A stretch of 62,011 nt of DNA, counting the filler. It is 3 parts of 3 records of this genome, joined end to end, with 100 filler letters (N's around TTAATTAATTAA, not from the genome) between each part and the next. Parts side by side here need not be neighbours in the genome. Positions count along the whole stretch, not along the records: positions 1 to 30,204 come from DRR378314_1582; positions 30,305 to 52,457 come from DRR378314_1583; 1 more part is not named here. One strand, given 5' to 3'. Both the position numbers and the translations under genes were made by a program. The notes below the pieces were generated by a model that was not told the DNA's origin, did not search any database, and was given only the letters and a program-made list of their open reading frames with translations. Shown one piece after another: positions 20,943 through 33,219 of this stretch (its first letter is position 1; each line of letters begins with the position of its first letter).

Positions 20943-21779
20943 CTATTCGTCGCCCATCAAGCCGAAGGTAACCACGCTCGACAGTGAACGATCCTCGCGC
21001 TTGAGGATGTCTGGCTGGAATTCCCCGCTGTCGTTGAAGGCAGCGCTGTCGGGGAAGTTCTGCTCAAGCATGGCGATGGCGTCGGTGGACGCTTTTTTAA
21101 GATCCATGAAGCGGAAGGTTTCCGCCAAAATGATCAACGCTTCTTCCACGGACGGTGTTGTTGAGTAATTCTCCACTATGTAGCGAGCCCGGTTGTTTGC
21201 GGCGATGTAAGCTTCACGACTGATGTAATAGCGGGCTGCATAGAGCTCCAGTTCAGCGAGGCGGTTGCGGATGGCGATCATTCGCTGGCGGGCATCTGGG
21301 GCGTATTCGCTGGAGGGGTAGCGGTTCAGCAGCTCCGAGAAATCCCGGAACGCCTGACGTTGTTCCCCCGGATCTCGTGCTGAAACATCCACCGGAAAGT
21401 ATCGGGCAGCCAGGCCAATGTCCAGGTTATACGACGCGAGGCCGCGCATATAAAGCGCATAGTCGGCGTGATCGCTCTGTGGATTCAATCGAAGAAAGCG
21501 ATCCGCTGCGGCACGGGCGCCTTCCAGGTCAAGATTCTGGTAGCGGGCATAGATGAGGTCCAACTGGGCCTGTTCCGCATACCGACCAAACGGATAATAG
21601 GTTTCCAGGTAGTCGAGATTTTGCTCCGCTTCATTGAAGTTGCCCGAGTTCATAGCATCGCGGGCATTTTCGTAATAGGTTTGTTCCGGCAGTACTTCTT
21701 CCTGCTTATCGTTCGATGCGCAGGCACTGATGAAGAGCGCTGCGGTGGTGACTAGCAGTAATCGGACAACTGATCTCAT
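20943..21779 (-). CDS. bamD: Outer membrane assembly lipoprotein BamD (ComL)
   Basis: Lipobox ISAC, YPFGRYAEQAQLDLIYA and TPR motifs; divergent from rluD. Confidence 0.95.
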   Translation of the reverse strand: MRSVVRLLLVTTAALFISACASNDKQEEVLPEQTYYENARDAMNSGNFNEAEQNLDYLETYYPFGRYAEQAQLDLIYARYQNLDLEGARAAADRFLRLNPQSDHADYALYMRGLASYNLDIGLAARYFPVDVSARDPGEQRQAFRDFSELLNRYPSSEYAPDARQRMIAIRNRLAELELYAARYYISREAYIAANNRARYIVENYSTTPSVEEALIILAETFRFMDLKKASTDAIAMLEQNFPDSAAFNDSGEFQPDILKREDRSLSSVVTFGLMGDE

Positions 21780-21915
21780 GCCGGAATCCCGTATAATGGC
21801 AAAATTCGAAACGACGGCCATTGTAACGGGGATCCGTTCACATGTGCAGTGGCACGCGCAGTGGATTCAGAAATTCTGACTCAAACGTAACTCTCAAACC
21901 GGCCCCGGGGGCTCA

Positions 21916-22893
21916 ATGACATCTGAAAACCGTATTATCGCCAGCTTCTCCGTTCCACCGGAGTACAGCGACCGCCGCCTGGATCAGGCTGCTGCCGAGC
22001 TGATGCCGGAGCACTCACGTTCCCGGCTGCAGGGCTGGATCAAGAGCGGCGCACTGACGGTCAATGGCAAGTCCTGTAAACCCCGTGACAAGGTAATGTT
22101 AGGTGACCGGCTCGATCTGGATGCCGAGCCGGAGGCGCAGGTCAGTTGGGAAGCGGAATCGATTGACCTGGATATTGTGTACGAAGATGAACACCTTTTG
22201 GTCATCAACAAGCCGGCGGGGCTGGTGGTCCACCCAGCTGCTGGCCATGCTGACGGTACGCTGGTCAATGCTCTGCTCAACCATGCACCGGAAGTGGAGA
22301 ACCTGCCAAGAGCGGGTATTGTGCACCGTCTCGACAAAGACACCTCGGGGATCATGGTAGTCGCGCGTAGTCTGATTGCCCACACATCACTGGTCGACCA
22401 GTTGCAGACCCGGACCATGGGGCGGGAATATGAAGCCATTGTGGTTGGGACCCTCACAGGAGGGGCCACGGTGGACGCACCGATTGGCCGCCATCCCCGC
22501 GAGCGCAAGAAGATGGCAGTCGTACCGACCGGCAAGCCTGCGGTCACGCATTATCGCCTGGTGGAACGTTTCGCGGCGCATACCCACGTTCGCTGCAAGC
22601 TGGAGAGCGGGCGCACTCACCAGATCCGGGTGCATATGGCCCATGTAAAACACCCACTGATAGGAGACCCTCAATATGGGGGGCGGCTCCGTTTGCCGAA
22701 AGGTACAACAGACGAATTGAGAGACGTGCTTGCTGGCTTTCAGCGGCAGGCGCTCCATGCCCGCCAGTTGACGTTAGAGCACCCGCAAACCGGTGAGATA
22801 CTGACCTGGGAGGTGCCATTACCCGACGACATCGATGTTCTGCTGGCCGCGCTTCGCAAACACGCCAGGGAGTTGGAGAACGATGACATCTGA
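21916..22893 (+). CDS. rluD: 23S rRNA pseudouridine synthase RluD
   Basis: S4 domain, NKPAGLVVHP, HRLDKDTSG and GRTHQIRVH. Confidence 0.97.
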   Translation: MTSENRIIASFSVPPEYSDRRLDQAAAELMPEHSRSRLQGWIKSGALTVNGKSCKPRDKVMLGDRLDLDAEPEAQVSWEAESIDLDIVYEDEHLLVINKPAGLVVHPAAGHADGTLVNALLNHAPEVENLPRAGIVHRLDKDTSGIMVVARSLIAHTSLVDQLQTRTMGREYEAIVVGTLTGGATVDAPIGRHPRERKKMAVVPTGKPAVTHYRLVERFAAHTHVRCKLESGRTHQIRVHMAHVKHPLIGDPQYGGRLRLPKGTTDELRDVLAGFQRQALHARQLTLEHPQTGEILTWEVPLPDDIDVLLAALRKHARELENDDI

Positions 22894-23626
22894 ACGGCCG
22901 CTCATAGTCCCGGATTGGCCGGCCCCTGCCTGGGTTCATGCTGCCTGTACAACTCGGGCAGGGGGCGTTAGTGGGCCGCCCTGGGATTCGCTGAATCTCG
23001 GTACACACGTGGGAGATAACCCGGACGATGTGGCCGACAATCGCTCCTTGCTTGGTCAGTGGGTGGGTCTCGAATCACAGTCTTTCGGTTGGTTGGACCA
23101 GGTTCATGGTACGAATGTGGCGGAGTTGCCAAAGGCGGGTTATGTGGCGGCTGATGCCAGTGTTACCTCAGAACCCGGGGTCGTCTGTGCGGTGATGACG
23201 GCGGATTGCCTTCCCGTTCTCATGTGTAACCCAGCCACTGGCCAGGTTGCCGCCGCCCATGCGGGGTGGCGCGGGTTGTGTGGTGGCGTTCTGGAGCGAA
23301 CGGTAGGGCATCTGGGCAATCCCGCCGCAGTCCTGGTGTGGCTCGGACCTGCCATTGGTCCTGATCAGTTCGAGGTTGGCCCGGAAGTGAGGGAAGCCTT
23401 TCTGATGAGCGATCCCCAGTCGAGTGACGCGTTCGTTCCCAGCCCTCGAAATTCAACGCGTTATCTTGCGGATATCTATGAGCTTGCCCGGCAGAGGCTG
23501 GCGATGGCAGGTGTGCTGCAGGTCTACGGCGGTGGGTTCTGCACAGTGACCGATAGTGAGCGCTTTTTCTCCTATCGCCGTGACGGGATAACCGGGCGAA
23601 TGGCGAGCCTGATATTCGTTTCATGA
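22883..23626 (+). CDS. pgeF: Peptidoglycan editing factor/purine nucleoside phosphorylase PgeF (YfiH)
   Basis: QVHG, TADCLP, HAGWRG and FFSYRR; overlaps the end of rluD. Confidence 0.95.
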   Translation: MTSERPLIVPDWPAPAWVHAACTTRAGGVSGPPWDSLNLGTHVGDNPDDVADNRSLLGQWVGLESQSFGWLDQVHGTNVAELPKAGYVAADASVTSEPGVVCAVMTADCLPVLMCNPATGQVAAAHAGWRGLCGGVLERTVGHLGNPAAVLVWLGPAIGPDQFEVGPEVREAFLMSDPQSSDAFVPSPRNSTRYLADIYELARQRLAMAGVLQVYGGGFCTVTDSERFFSYRRDGITGRMASLIFVS

Positions 23627-23663
23627 TGTCTGTCAATTTTCTGACACTTCCGGGCTCGTCCAG

Positions 23664-23690
23664 CTTGAACTCCCAGCAATCGCCCCTACA
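23664..23690 (+). promoter_or_regulatory. sigma32 heat-shock promoter of clpB
   Basis: CTTGAA (23664-69), 13 nt, CCCCTACA (23683-90). Confidence 0.75.
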
Positions 23691-23770
23691 TTAAACTGTC
23701 AGAGCAGACACGTTGCCGCGGACGGATATGTCTAAGCGGCCGCAGGACAGAGATTGGGGAAGACCGGATT

Positions 23771-26347
<2,577 letters not shown>

Positions 26348-26357
26348 TGTCTGGATC

Positions 26358-26388
26358 GAAGAGGCGGAGTATCGTGCTCCGCCTCTTC
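26358..26388. terminator. Hairpin terminator between clpB and the convergent DUF4124 gene
   Basis: GAAGAGGCGGAG-TATCGTG-CTCCGCCTCTTC 12-bp stem. Confidence 0.7.
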
Positions 26389-26414
26389 TGTGTCGGTCCG
26401 GAGTGTCTTTTGGG

Positions 26415-26885
26415 TTAGCCCTCGGTGGGCTCGCCGCAGTTTTCCTCCGCGATTTTTTCAAACTGCTGTTTCTGTTCTTCGATTTCTTCAGGAGTCAGAT
26501 AGCGCAGTTCCCCTTCCTCTTCGATCCGGATCCGGCTGTTCTGCTGAATTAGCGTAAGATTGGTACGTGCCGTTTCACAGTTGGCTTCCCGTTGTTTGCG
26601 CCGCGCTTCCTCTACGGCGCTTTCCTGGAGCTTCTCGCTTTCTTTGGCTTCCCGGGTTTCAAGTTGTTCCAGTTGCTCCTGCGGGCTCATTCGGGTACTC
26701 CCGGAGGATTTTCCGGTGCGGACGTTCACAGACTCCGCCTGTTGTCCGGCTGGTTGCCGGTCGCCAAAGTGCGTAACCCCATCTTCGTCGGTCCATTTAT
26801 ACACGGAGGCCGCAAAAGCCATCGCCGGTGTCGCAGCCAGAAGTACTGCCAGGGTGAGAATTTTTCTGTTCATGCCGTTACTCAT
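26415..26885 (-). CDS. DUF4124-domain exported protein
   Basis: Signal peptide then VYKWTDEDGVTHFGD, a coiled coil and two Cys. Start may be 26873. Confidence 0.85.
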   Translation of the reverse strand: MSNGMNRKILTLAVLLAATPAMAFAASVYKWTDEDGVTHFGDRQPAGQQAESVNVRTGKSSGSTRMSPQEQLEQLETREAKESEKLQESAVEEARRKQREANCETARTNLTLIQQNSRIRIEEEGELRYLTPEEIEEQKQQFEKIAEENCGEPTEG

Positions 26886-27049
26886 TCCGCGTTGACCTTG
26901 TCGGGCGCCGCCTTAAGCGGCACCATCTTTGTACTAGCCTATGTTTATCATGCCATTTGTAAAGGTAACTTTCTTCAGTCTGGTTCAAATAGTTGCACAA
27001 AGTAAGGCAGACGTTCGGAGGGTGCGGACAGAGAATACGTCCGCCGCTA

Positions 27050-27077
27050 TTGACAGGGAGTTTAGCGCTGTCAAAAT
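27050..27077 (+). promoter_or_regulatory. sigma70 promoter for the ilvIH(C) leader
   Basis: TTGACA (27050-55), 16 nt, TGn-CAAAAT (27072-77); overlapped by inverted repeat TTGACAG/CTGTCAA. Confidence 0.55.
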
Positions 27078-27081
27078 TACC

Positions 27082-27360
27082 GATTGCCTGAAGACTGGGG
27101 TCAATACGGCAGGCAATCCCGAGCGAGTATCCCCCGTTAATTACCACACTGAATGCCCCGCGCAGGTCGCGGACTGGTTGTTGCTTACGTGCAACCCGTT
27201 GATTGGCCGTTCTCCGCAACCCTCAGGAGGGCGGCTGGCCAGGAGACAACCTCTTAATAGCTGGTGTGGCGGAGTATCCGGTTCAGCTTTCACAAGAAGC
27301 ATGATGACCGGACATCCAGGCAACCGGGACGTTTCCCGGCTCATTCACTCGTAGAAGAGG
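27082..27360 (+). ncRNA. Putative structured 5' leader of ilvI
   Basis: At least six hairpins found by eye; no U-tract terminator. Confidence 0.45.
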
Positions 27361-27370
27361 GTAGAACATC

Positions 27371-29089
27371 GTGGAGTTATTGTCTGGCGCCGATATGCTG
27401 ATCCGGTCCCTGCAAGATGAGGGGATCGAATACATATATGGCTATCCGGGTGGTGCAGCGCTGCATATTTATGACGCGTTGTTCAGGCAGGACAAAGTAA
27501 AGCACATTCTGGTGCGTCATGAGCAGGCCGCGGTCCATATGGCCGACGGTTACGCCCGTGCCACCGGTTTGCCGGGGACCGTACTGGTCACCTCGGGTCC
27601 TGGGGCCACCAACACCATTACTGGCATTGCCACCGCATTTATGGACTCCATCCCGATGGTGGTTCTGTGCGGTCAGGTTGCATCCACCCTGATTGGCGAA
27701 GATGCGTTCCAGGAGACCGATATGATCGGTGTCTCCCGACCTGTTGTGAAACACAACCTGAGCGTCCGCCATCCGGAAGAGATTCCTGAGATCGTTCGCA
27801 AGGCCTATTACATTGCCTCAACAGGTCGTCCTGGGCCGGTTGTCGTTGATATTCCGAAAGATATGACAACGCCGAACGAGCGTTACGAGTATGTCTTCCC
27901 CAAAAAGGTCAAGCTCCGTTCGTACAATCCGGCCATTCGTGGCCACGCTGGGCAGATCAAGAAAGCCGTCGACATGCTCATGGCAGCCAAGCGTCCCATT
28001 ATCTATGCAGGTGGCGGTGTTATCCTGGGTAAGGCGACGGATCAGCTGACCGAGTTGGTCAAGATGTTGGGGTACCCGATCACCAACACGTTGATGGGAA
28101 TCGGCTGTTATCCGGCCTCCGATAAGCAGCACATTGGCTGGTTGGGCATGCATGGCACCTACGAGTCCAACATGGCCATGCACCATTCGGATCTGATCCT
28201 CTGTGTGGGCGCGCGATTCGACGATCGGGTCACCAACGCGACGGAGAAGTTCTGCCCTGGTGCCCGCATTGTCCATATCGATATCGACCCGGCCTCCATC
28301 TCCAAAACCATTGATGCGGATGTCCCCATCGTTGGTCCTGTAGATGCGGTGTTGAAGGAAATGATCACCCTTGTCAAAGAGAGCAAGGAAAAACCCGACG
28401 CCGATGCAATCGCCGCGTGGTGGAAGCAGATTGAAGAGTGGCGGGCGTTTCATGGCATGCGTTACGAAACCAGTCCCGATGTCATCAAGCCGCAGGAAGT
28501 GGTCGAAGCACTCTGGAAACTCACCAACGGAGAGGCCTTCGTGACCTCTGACGTGGGTCAGCACCAGATGTTCGCCGCCCAGTACTACAAGTTTGATAAG
28601 CCCAATCGCTGGATCAACTCCGGCGGTCTCGGCACCATGGGCTTTGGCCTGCCGGCTGCCATGGGTGTGAAGCTGAGCTTCCCGGACGACGAAGTGCTGT
28701 GCATTACCGGTGAAGGCAGTATCCAGATGAATATTCAGGAGCTGTCGACCTGTAACCAGTACAACCTCCCGGTAAAAATCATCAATCTGAACAACCAGGC
28801 CCTGGGGATGGTCAAGCAGTGGCAGGACATGAACTATGAGTCCCGTCACTCTCAGTCTTACATGGAGTCCTTGCCGGACTTCATCAAGCTGGCGGAAGCC
28901 TACGGCCATGTTGGCATTCGTATCGACCGGAAAGAAGATCTGGTGCCTAAGCTCAAAGAAGTGCTGGCGATGAAAGACCGGCTGGTTTTCGTTGATATCT
29001 ACGTGGACCGTTTTGAACACGTTTACCCGATGCAGGTGGCTCGTGGCTCAATGAAGGACATGTGGCTCAGCAAGACGGAGAGGGTCTGA
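27371..29089 (+). CDS. ilvI: Acetolactate synthase large subunit
   Basis: [24 protein letters not shown] and TPP motif GEGSIQM. Confidence 0.97.
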   Translation: MELLSGADMLIRSLQDEGIEYIYGYPGGAALHIYDALFRQDKVKHILVRHEQAAVHMADGYARATGLPGTVLVTSGPGATNTITGIATAFMDSIPMVVLCGQVASTLIGEDAFQETDMIGVSRPVVKHNLSVRHPEEIPEIVRKAYYIASTGRPGPVVVDIPKDMTTPNERYEYVFPKKVKLRSYNPAIRGHAGQIKKAVDMLMAAKRPIIYAGGGVILGKATDQLTELVKMLGYPITNTLMGIGCYPASDKQHIGWLGMHGTYESNMAMHHSDLILCVGARFDDRVTNATEKFCPGARIVHIDIDPASISKTIDADVPIVGPVDAVLKEMITLVKESKEKPDADAIAAWWKQIEEWRAFHGMRYETSPDVIKPQEVVEALWKLTNGEAFVTSDVGQHQMFAAQYYKFDKPNRWINSGGLGTMGFGLPAAMGVKLSFPDDEVLCITGEGSIQMNIQELSTCNQYNLPVKIINLNNQALGMVKQWQDMNYESRHSQSYMESLPDFIKLAEAYGHVGIRIDRKEDLVPKLKEVLAMKDRLVFVDIYVDRFEHVYPMQVARGSMKDMWLSKTERV

Positions 29090-29091
29090 TC

Positions 29092-29583
29092 ATGCGTCGA
29101 ATCATTTCTGTTTTGCTTGAAAACGAACCGGGTGCACTGTCCCGTGTTGTCGGCCTGTTCTCGCAGCGCAACTACAACATTGAAACCCTGACGGTGGCGC
29201 CTACCGAGGACGAGACCCTTTCGCGCCTGACGGTAACAACCACGGGCTCCGACAAGGTTATTGAGCAGATCACCAAGCAGCTCAACAAGCTGATCGAAGT
29301 GGTCAAGCTGGTGGATCTCACCGAGGGCTCCCACATCGAGCGCGAGCTGATGCTGGTCAAGCTCAAGGCGACGGGGTCCCAGCGCGCTGAGATCAAACGC
29401 ACGGTTGATATCTTTCGCGGCCAGATCGTGGATGTCACCAGCTCCGTCTACACCGTTCAGTTGGCTGGTAACAGCGAGAAACTGGACGGCTTTATTCAGG
29501 CGGTGGGTACTTCGGGCGTGCTTGAGGTTGTCCGCAGCGGGGTTTCTGGCATTGCCCGTGGTGAAAAGGTATTAAGCCTGTAA
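29092..29583 (+). CDS. ilvH: Acetolactate synthase small subunit
   Basis: MRRIISVLLENEPGALSRVVGLFSQRNYNIE ACT domain. Confidence 0.97.
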   Translation: MRRIISVLLENEPGALSRVVGLFSQRNYNIETLTVAPTEDETLSRLTVTTTGSDKVIEQITKQLNKLIEVVKLVDLTEGSHIERELMLVKLKATGSQRAEIKRTVDIFRGQIVDVTSSVYTVQLAGNSEKLDGFIQAVGTSGVLEVVRSGVSGIARGEKVLSL

Positions 29584-29643
29584 CAGGCGCTGACATCATT
29601 CTGTACAATGACGGCCTTTAAAAGGCCAATACAATATATATAG

Positions 29644-30204
<561 letters not shown>

Positions 30205-30304
30205 NNNNNNNNNNNNNNNNNNNNNNNNNNNNNNNNNNNNNNNNNNNNTTAATTAATTAANNNNNNNNNNNNNNNNNNNNNNNNNNNNNNNNNNNNNNNN
30301 NNNN
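30205..30304. other. Artificial contig spacer
   Basis: N44-TTAATTAATTAA-N44, which gives stops in all six frames. Confidence 0.99.
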
Positions 30305-30308
30305 CCCT

Positions 30309-30333
30309 TTCGCGGGCGGGGCCCGCTCCCACA
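30309..30333 (-). repeat. REP-like palindrome (GTGG/GTAG type) at the contig edge
   Basis: Minus strand TGTGGGAGCGGGCCCCGCCCGCGAA: tetranucleotide plus GC hairpin typical of RAYT-associated REPs. Confidence 0.6.
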
Positions 30334-30410
30334 GTCCGACACCCCGGCCCGGGACGATCCGGTAATCGCATGCTAAGGTTGGCGGCATCGCAGGGGGAGG
30401 AGAGCGCGGA

Positions 30411-30713
30411 ATGTTCCATCGCCTTATCCGCACGCTGGATCTGTACGACGGGCTGCGGCTGCCGGTGCAAATCGGCCGCGAGGAGTTACTGCTGATTCAT
30501 GAGGACGGCGCCACCTGGCTGGTGCAGCGCCGCTGCCCGCACGGGGAGTTTCCATTGGAAAGGGCCTCGGTGCGCGGCGAGGTGCTGCGCTGCCCCGGGC
30601 ACGGGCTGGAGTTTTCCCTGAGCAGCGGTCAGTGCCGCGGCGCCCAGGGCTATTGCCTGAAACGCTACCGGATTGATTACGACGGCCCCTGGATCGGGGT
30701 CAGCGACCTTTAG
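30411..30713 (+). CDS. Rieske [2Fe-2S] ferredoxin-like protein
   Basis: CPH...CPGH ligands; 100 aa; GGAGGAG SD. Confidence 0.88.
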   Translation: MFHRLIRTLDLYDGLRLPVQIGREELLLIHEDGATWLVQRRCPHGEFPLERASVRGEVLRCPGHGLEFSLSSGQCRGAQGYCLKRYRIDYDGPWIGVSDL

Positions 30714-31330
30714 CGGCTGGCGACCGCGTCTTCCTTGGCCAGTTGCAGCTGATAGCGCAGCCGCAGCTGTTTGACCTTTTTCACGTAGGCCTGGGTTTCC
30801 GGAAACGGCGGGATGCCGCCGTAACGGCGCACATTGCCTTCGCCGGCGTTGTAGGCCGCCAGCACCTGGTCCAGGGTGCTGAATTTGTTCTGCAGGTAGG
30901 CGAGGAAACGGGTGCCGCCGTGGATGTTGGCGCTGGCGTCGAACGGGTCGGCCACTTCCAGGTAGCGCGCGGTGCGCGGCATCAACTGCATCAGGCCCTG
31001 GGCGCCGACCCGCGACACGGCGGTGCGGTCGAACAGGGATTCGGCGTGGATCACCGCTTTCACCAGGGCCGGTTCGACGCCGAAATCGTCGGCGGCGCGC
31101 GCGATCACGGTGTCGTAGCGGTCACGCCGGGCGGCGCTCAGGGTGGTGGGGGTGTAATTCCAGCCCTTGCGCACGGAGAGCAGGGTATAGCTGGCGTCCA
31201 CCTTGGCGCGGGGCTTATCCGTGAACAGGATCTCGCCGCCGTCGCCACGGTAGGTGTAGATGTTTTCCGCGATGGCCGGCATCGACACCCCCAGTGCCAA
31301 AACCAGGCCGCAGACCCCCGGTAATTTCAT
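30710..31330 (-). CDS. SLT-family lytic transglycosylase with DUF4124-like N-terminus
   Basis: Signal peptide, IHAES, GAQGLMQLMP, AAYNAG and PPFPETQAYV. Confidence 0.92.
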   Translation of the reverse strand: MKLPGVCGLVLALGVSMPAIAENIYTYRGDGGEILFTDKPRAKVDASYTLLSVRKGWNYTPTTLSAARRDRYDTVIARAADDFGVEPALVKAVIHAESLFDRTAVSRVGAQGLMQLMPRTARYLEVADPFDASANIHGGTRFLAYLQNKFSTLDQVLAAYNAGEGNVRRYGGIPPFPETQAYVKKVKQLRLRYQLQLAKEDAVASR

Positions 31331-31530
31331 TGTTTTGTCTCTTACTGATTTTACATCCCGATTCCAGTTGAAGTGATACCACAGTATTAGCGGTCGGGCT
31401 AGGTGCCCTGTGCGGATTATTAGTCCGGGTTCTCACCTTTTCGCATCAGACGGTGATTTTCAGCGGCCAACCCGGATGGCGGGGCCGGGTTATAGTGATA
31501 GCATGGATTCGGGCGATTAGAGGAGGTCCT

Positions 31531-33096
31531 ATGCTCTCCGAGCAGTTGCATGCCTGGGTCAATCTACTGACCACCTGGCTGGCCTTGGGCCTGCTGTTGA
31601 TGGTGTTTCTGGTGACGGTGGCGGCCATGGTCCTGTGGGTGCAGGACCGCTATTTCCAGAAGGCCCACGCGATTCGACGGAATTACCCTCTGATCGGCCG
31701 TTTTCGCTACTTTTTCGAGCATATCGGCGAGTTTTTCCGTCAGTATTTCTTTGCCATGGACCGGGAAGAGCTGCCGTTCAACCGCGCCCAGCGCAGCTGG
31801 GTCTACCGCGCCGCCAAGGATCTGAGCAATACGGTGGCGTTCGGCACCACCAAGCAGAACGCCGCCGGCCGTATCGTTTTTCTCAATACGCCTTATCCGA
31901 CCCTGGAAAAGGACGCCGCCGAAACCCTGCCGTTGATGATCGGCCCCCACGCCGACCAGCCGTTCGTGGCACGCAGCTTCCACAATATTTCGGCGATGAG
32001 CTTCGGCGCGCTGTCCACGCCTGCGGTGCGGGCCCTGTCCCGGGGCGCCGGCCAGGCGGGCTGCTGGCTGAACACCGGCGAAGGCGGCCTCACCGAAATG
32101 CACCTGGAAGGGCATTGTGATCTGGTGTTCCAGATCGGCACCGCCTATTACGGCGTGCGCGATCAGGAGGGCAACCTGAGCGATGAAAAGCTGCGGGAGG
32201 TGGCCCGCCTGCAATCGGTGAAGATGTTCGAGATCAAGCTCAGCCAGGGCGCCAAGCCGGGCAAGGGCGGCATTCTGCCGGCGGAGAAAGTCACCCCGGA
32301 CATTGCTCGCATTCGTGGCATTCCGGTGGGGCAGGCGTCGGTGAGCCCCAACGGCCAGCCCGGCATCCGCAGCGCCGGGGATTTGCTGGACATGATTGAG
32401 CGGGTGCGCCGGGTGACCGGTAAGCCCACCGGCATCAAGACGGTGATCGGTTCCTGGCAGTGGCTGGAAGAGCTGTTCATGGAAATCCATGAACGGGGCC
32501 TGGAGAGCGCGCCGGACTTCATCACCGTGGACAGCGGCGACGGCGGCACCGGCGCCGCGCCCATGTCGCTGATGGACGACGTGGGGCTGAACCTGGCCGA
32601 GTCGCTACCGCTGGTGGTGGACCTGCGCGACGGCTTCGCGCTGCAGGACCGGATTCGCATCATCGCCTCGGGCAAACTGATCACGCCGTCCATGGTCGCC
32701 TGGGCCATCGCCATAGGCGCGGATTTCTGCGTCTCCGCGCGCGGCTATATGTTCGCGCTGGGCTGCATCCAGGCGATGCAGTGCAACCGCAATACCTGTC
32801 CCACCGGGGTCACCACCCACAACCCGCGCCTGCAGCGCGGTCTGGTGCCCAGCGAGAAGGGCGCGCGGGTGGCGCATTTCCACGCCAATCTGGTCAAGGA
32901 GGTGGAGACCATCGCCCACGCCTGCGGGGTGGGGGAGCCGCGCCAGCTGCGCCGCCACCATGCCCGCATGGTCAACGCCAACGGCGACTCCATGCCCCTG
33001 GAAGAGCTGTGGCCGCCGATCGAGCCGGGGCTCTATCTGCGCCAGGGGCGGCCCAGCCTGCACGCGCCGTTCGCCCGTTTCCGGGTCGGCGCCTGA
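31531..33096 (+). CDS. FMN-binding glutamate synthase-family protein with N-terminal membrane anchor
   Basis: SAMSFGALS, NTGEGG, EIKLSQGAKPGKGG, DGGTGAA and CIQAMQCNRNTCP; AGGAGG SD. Confidence 0.9.
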   Translation: MLSEQLHAWVNLLTTWLALGLLLMVFLVTVAAMVLWVQDRYFQKAHAIRRNYPLIGRFRYFFEHIGEFFRQYFFAMDREELPFNRAQRSWVYRAAKDLSNTVAFGTTKQNAAGRIVFLNTPYPTLEKDAAETLPLMIGPHADQPFVARSFHNISAMSFGALSTPAVRALSRGAGQAGCWLNTGEGGLTEMHLEGHCDLVFQIGTAYYGVRDQEGNLSDEKLREVARLQSVKMFEIKLSQGAKPGKGGILPAEKVTPDIARIRGIPVGQASVSPNGQPGIRSAGDLLDMIERVRRVTGKPTGIKTVIGSWQWLEELFMEIHERGLESAPDFITVDSGDGGTGAAPMSLMDDVGLNLAESLPLVVDLRDGFALQDRIRIIASGKLITPSMVAWAIAIGADFCVSARGYMFALGCIQAMQCNRNTCPTGVTTHNPRLQRGLVPSEKGARVAHFHANLVKEVETIAHACGVGEPRQLRRHHARMVNANGDSMPLEELWPPIEPGLYLRQGRPSLHAPFARFRVGA

Positions 33097-33219
33097 GGGC
33101 GTGGGCGCGGCGGCATAAGGGCACGCTATCAGGGTGATTAACCGCCTGGCCTTGTTCTTCACCGGGTGGCCGCCACAATAGCGGCCATCCCGCAGCGGTC
33201 TACGATTAAGGAGAGTGTT

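Noticed and set aside
26941-27354. 137-aa ORF across the ilvI leader
   Set aside because: Begins upstream of the predicted promoter, has no SD or motif, and has atypical codons.
30249-30260. TTAATTAATTAA palindrome, repeated at 52502-52513
   Set aside because: Synthetic six-frame-stop linker inside the N runs; not biological.
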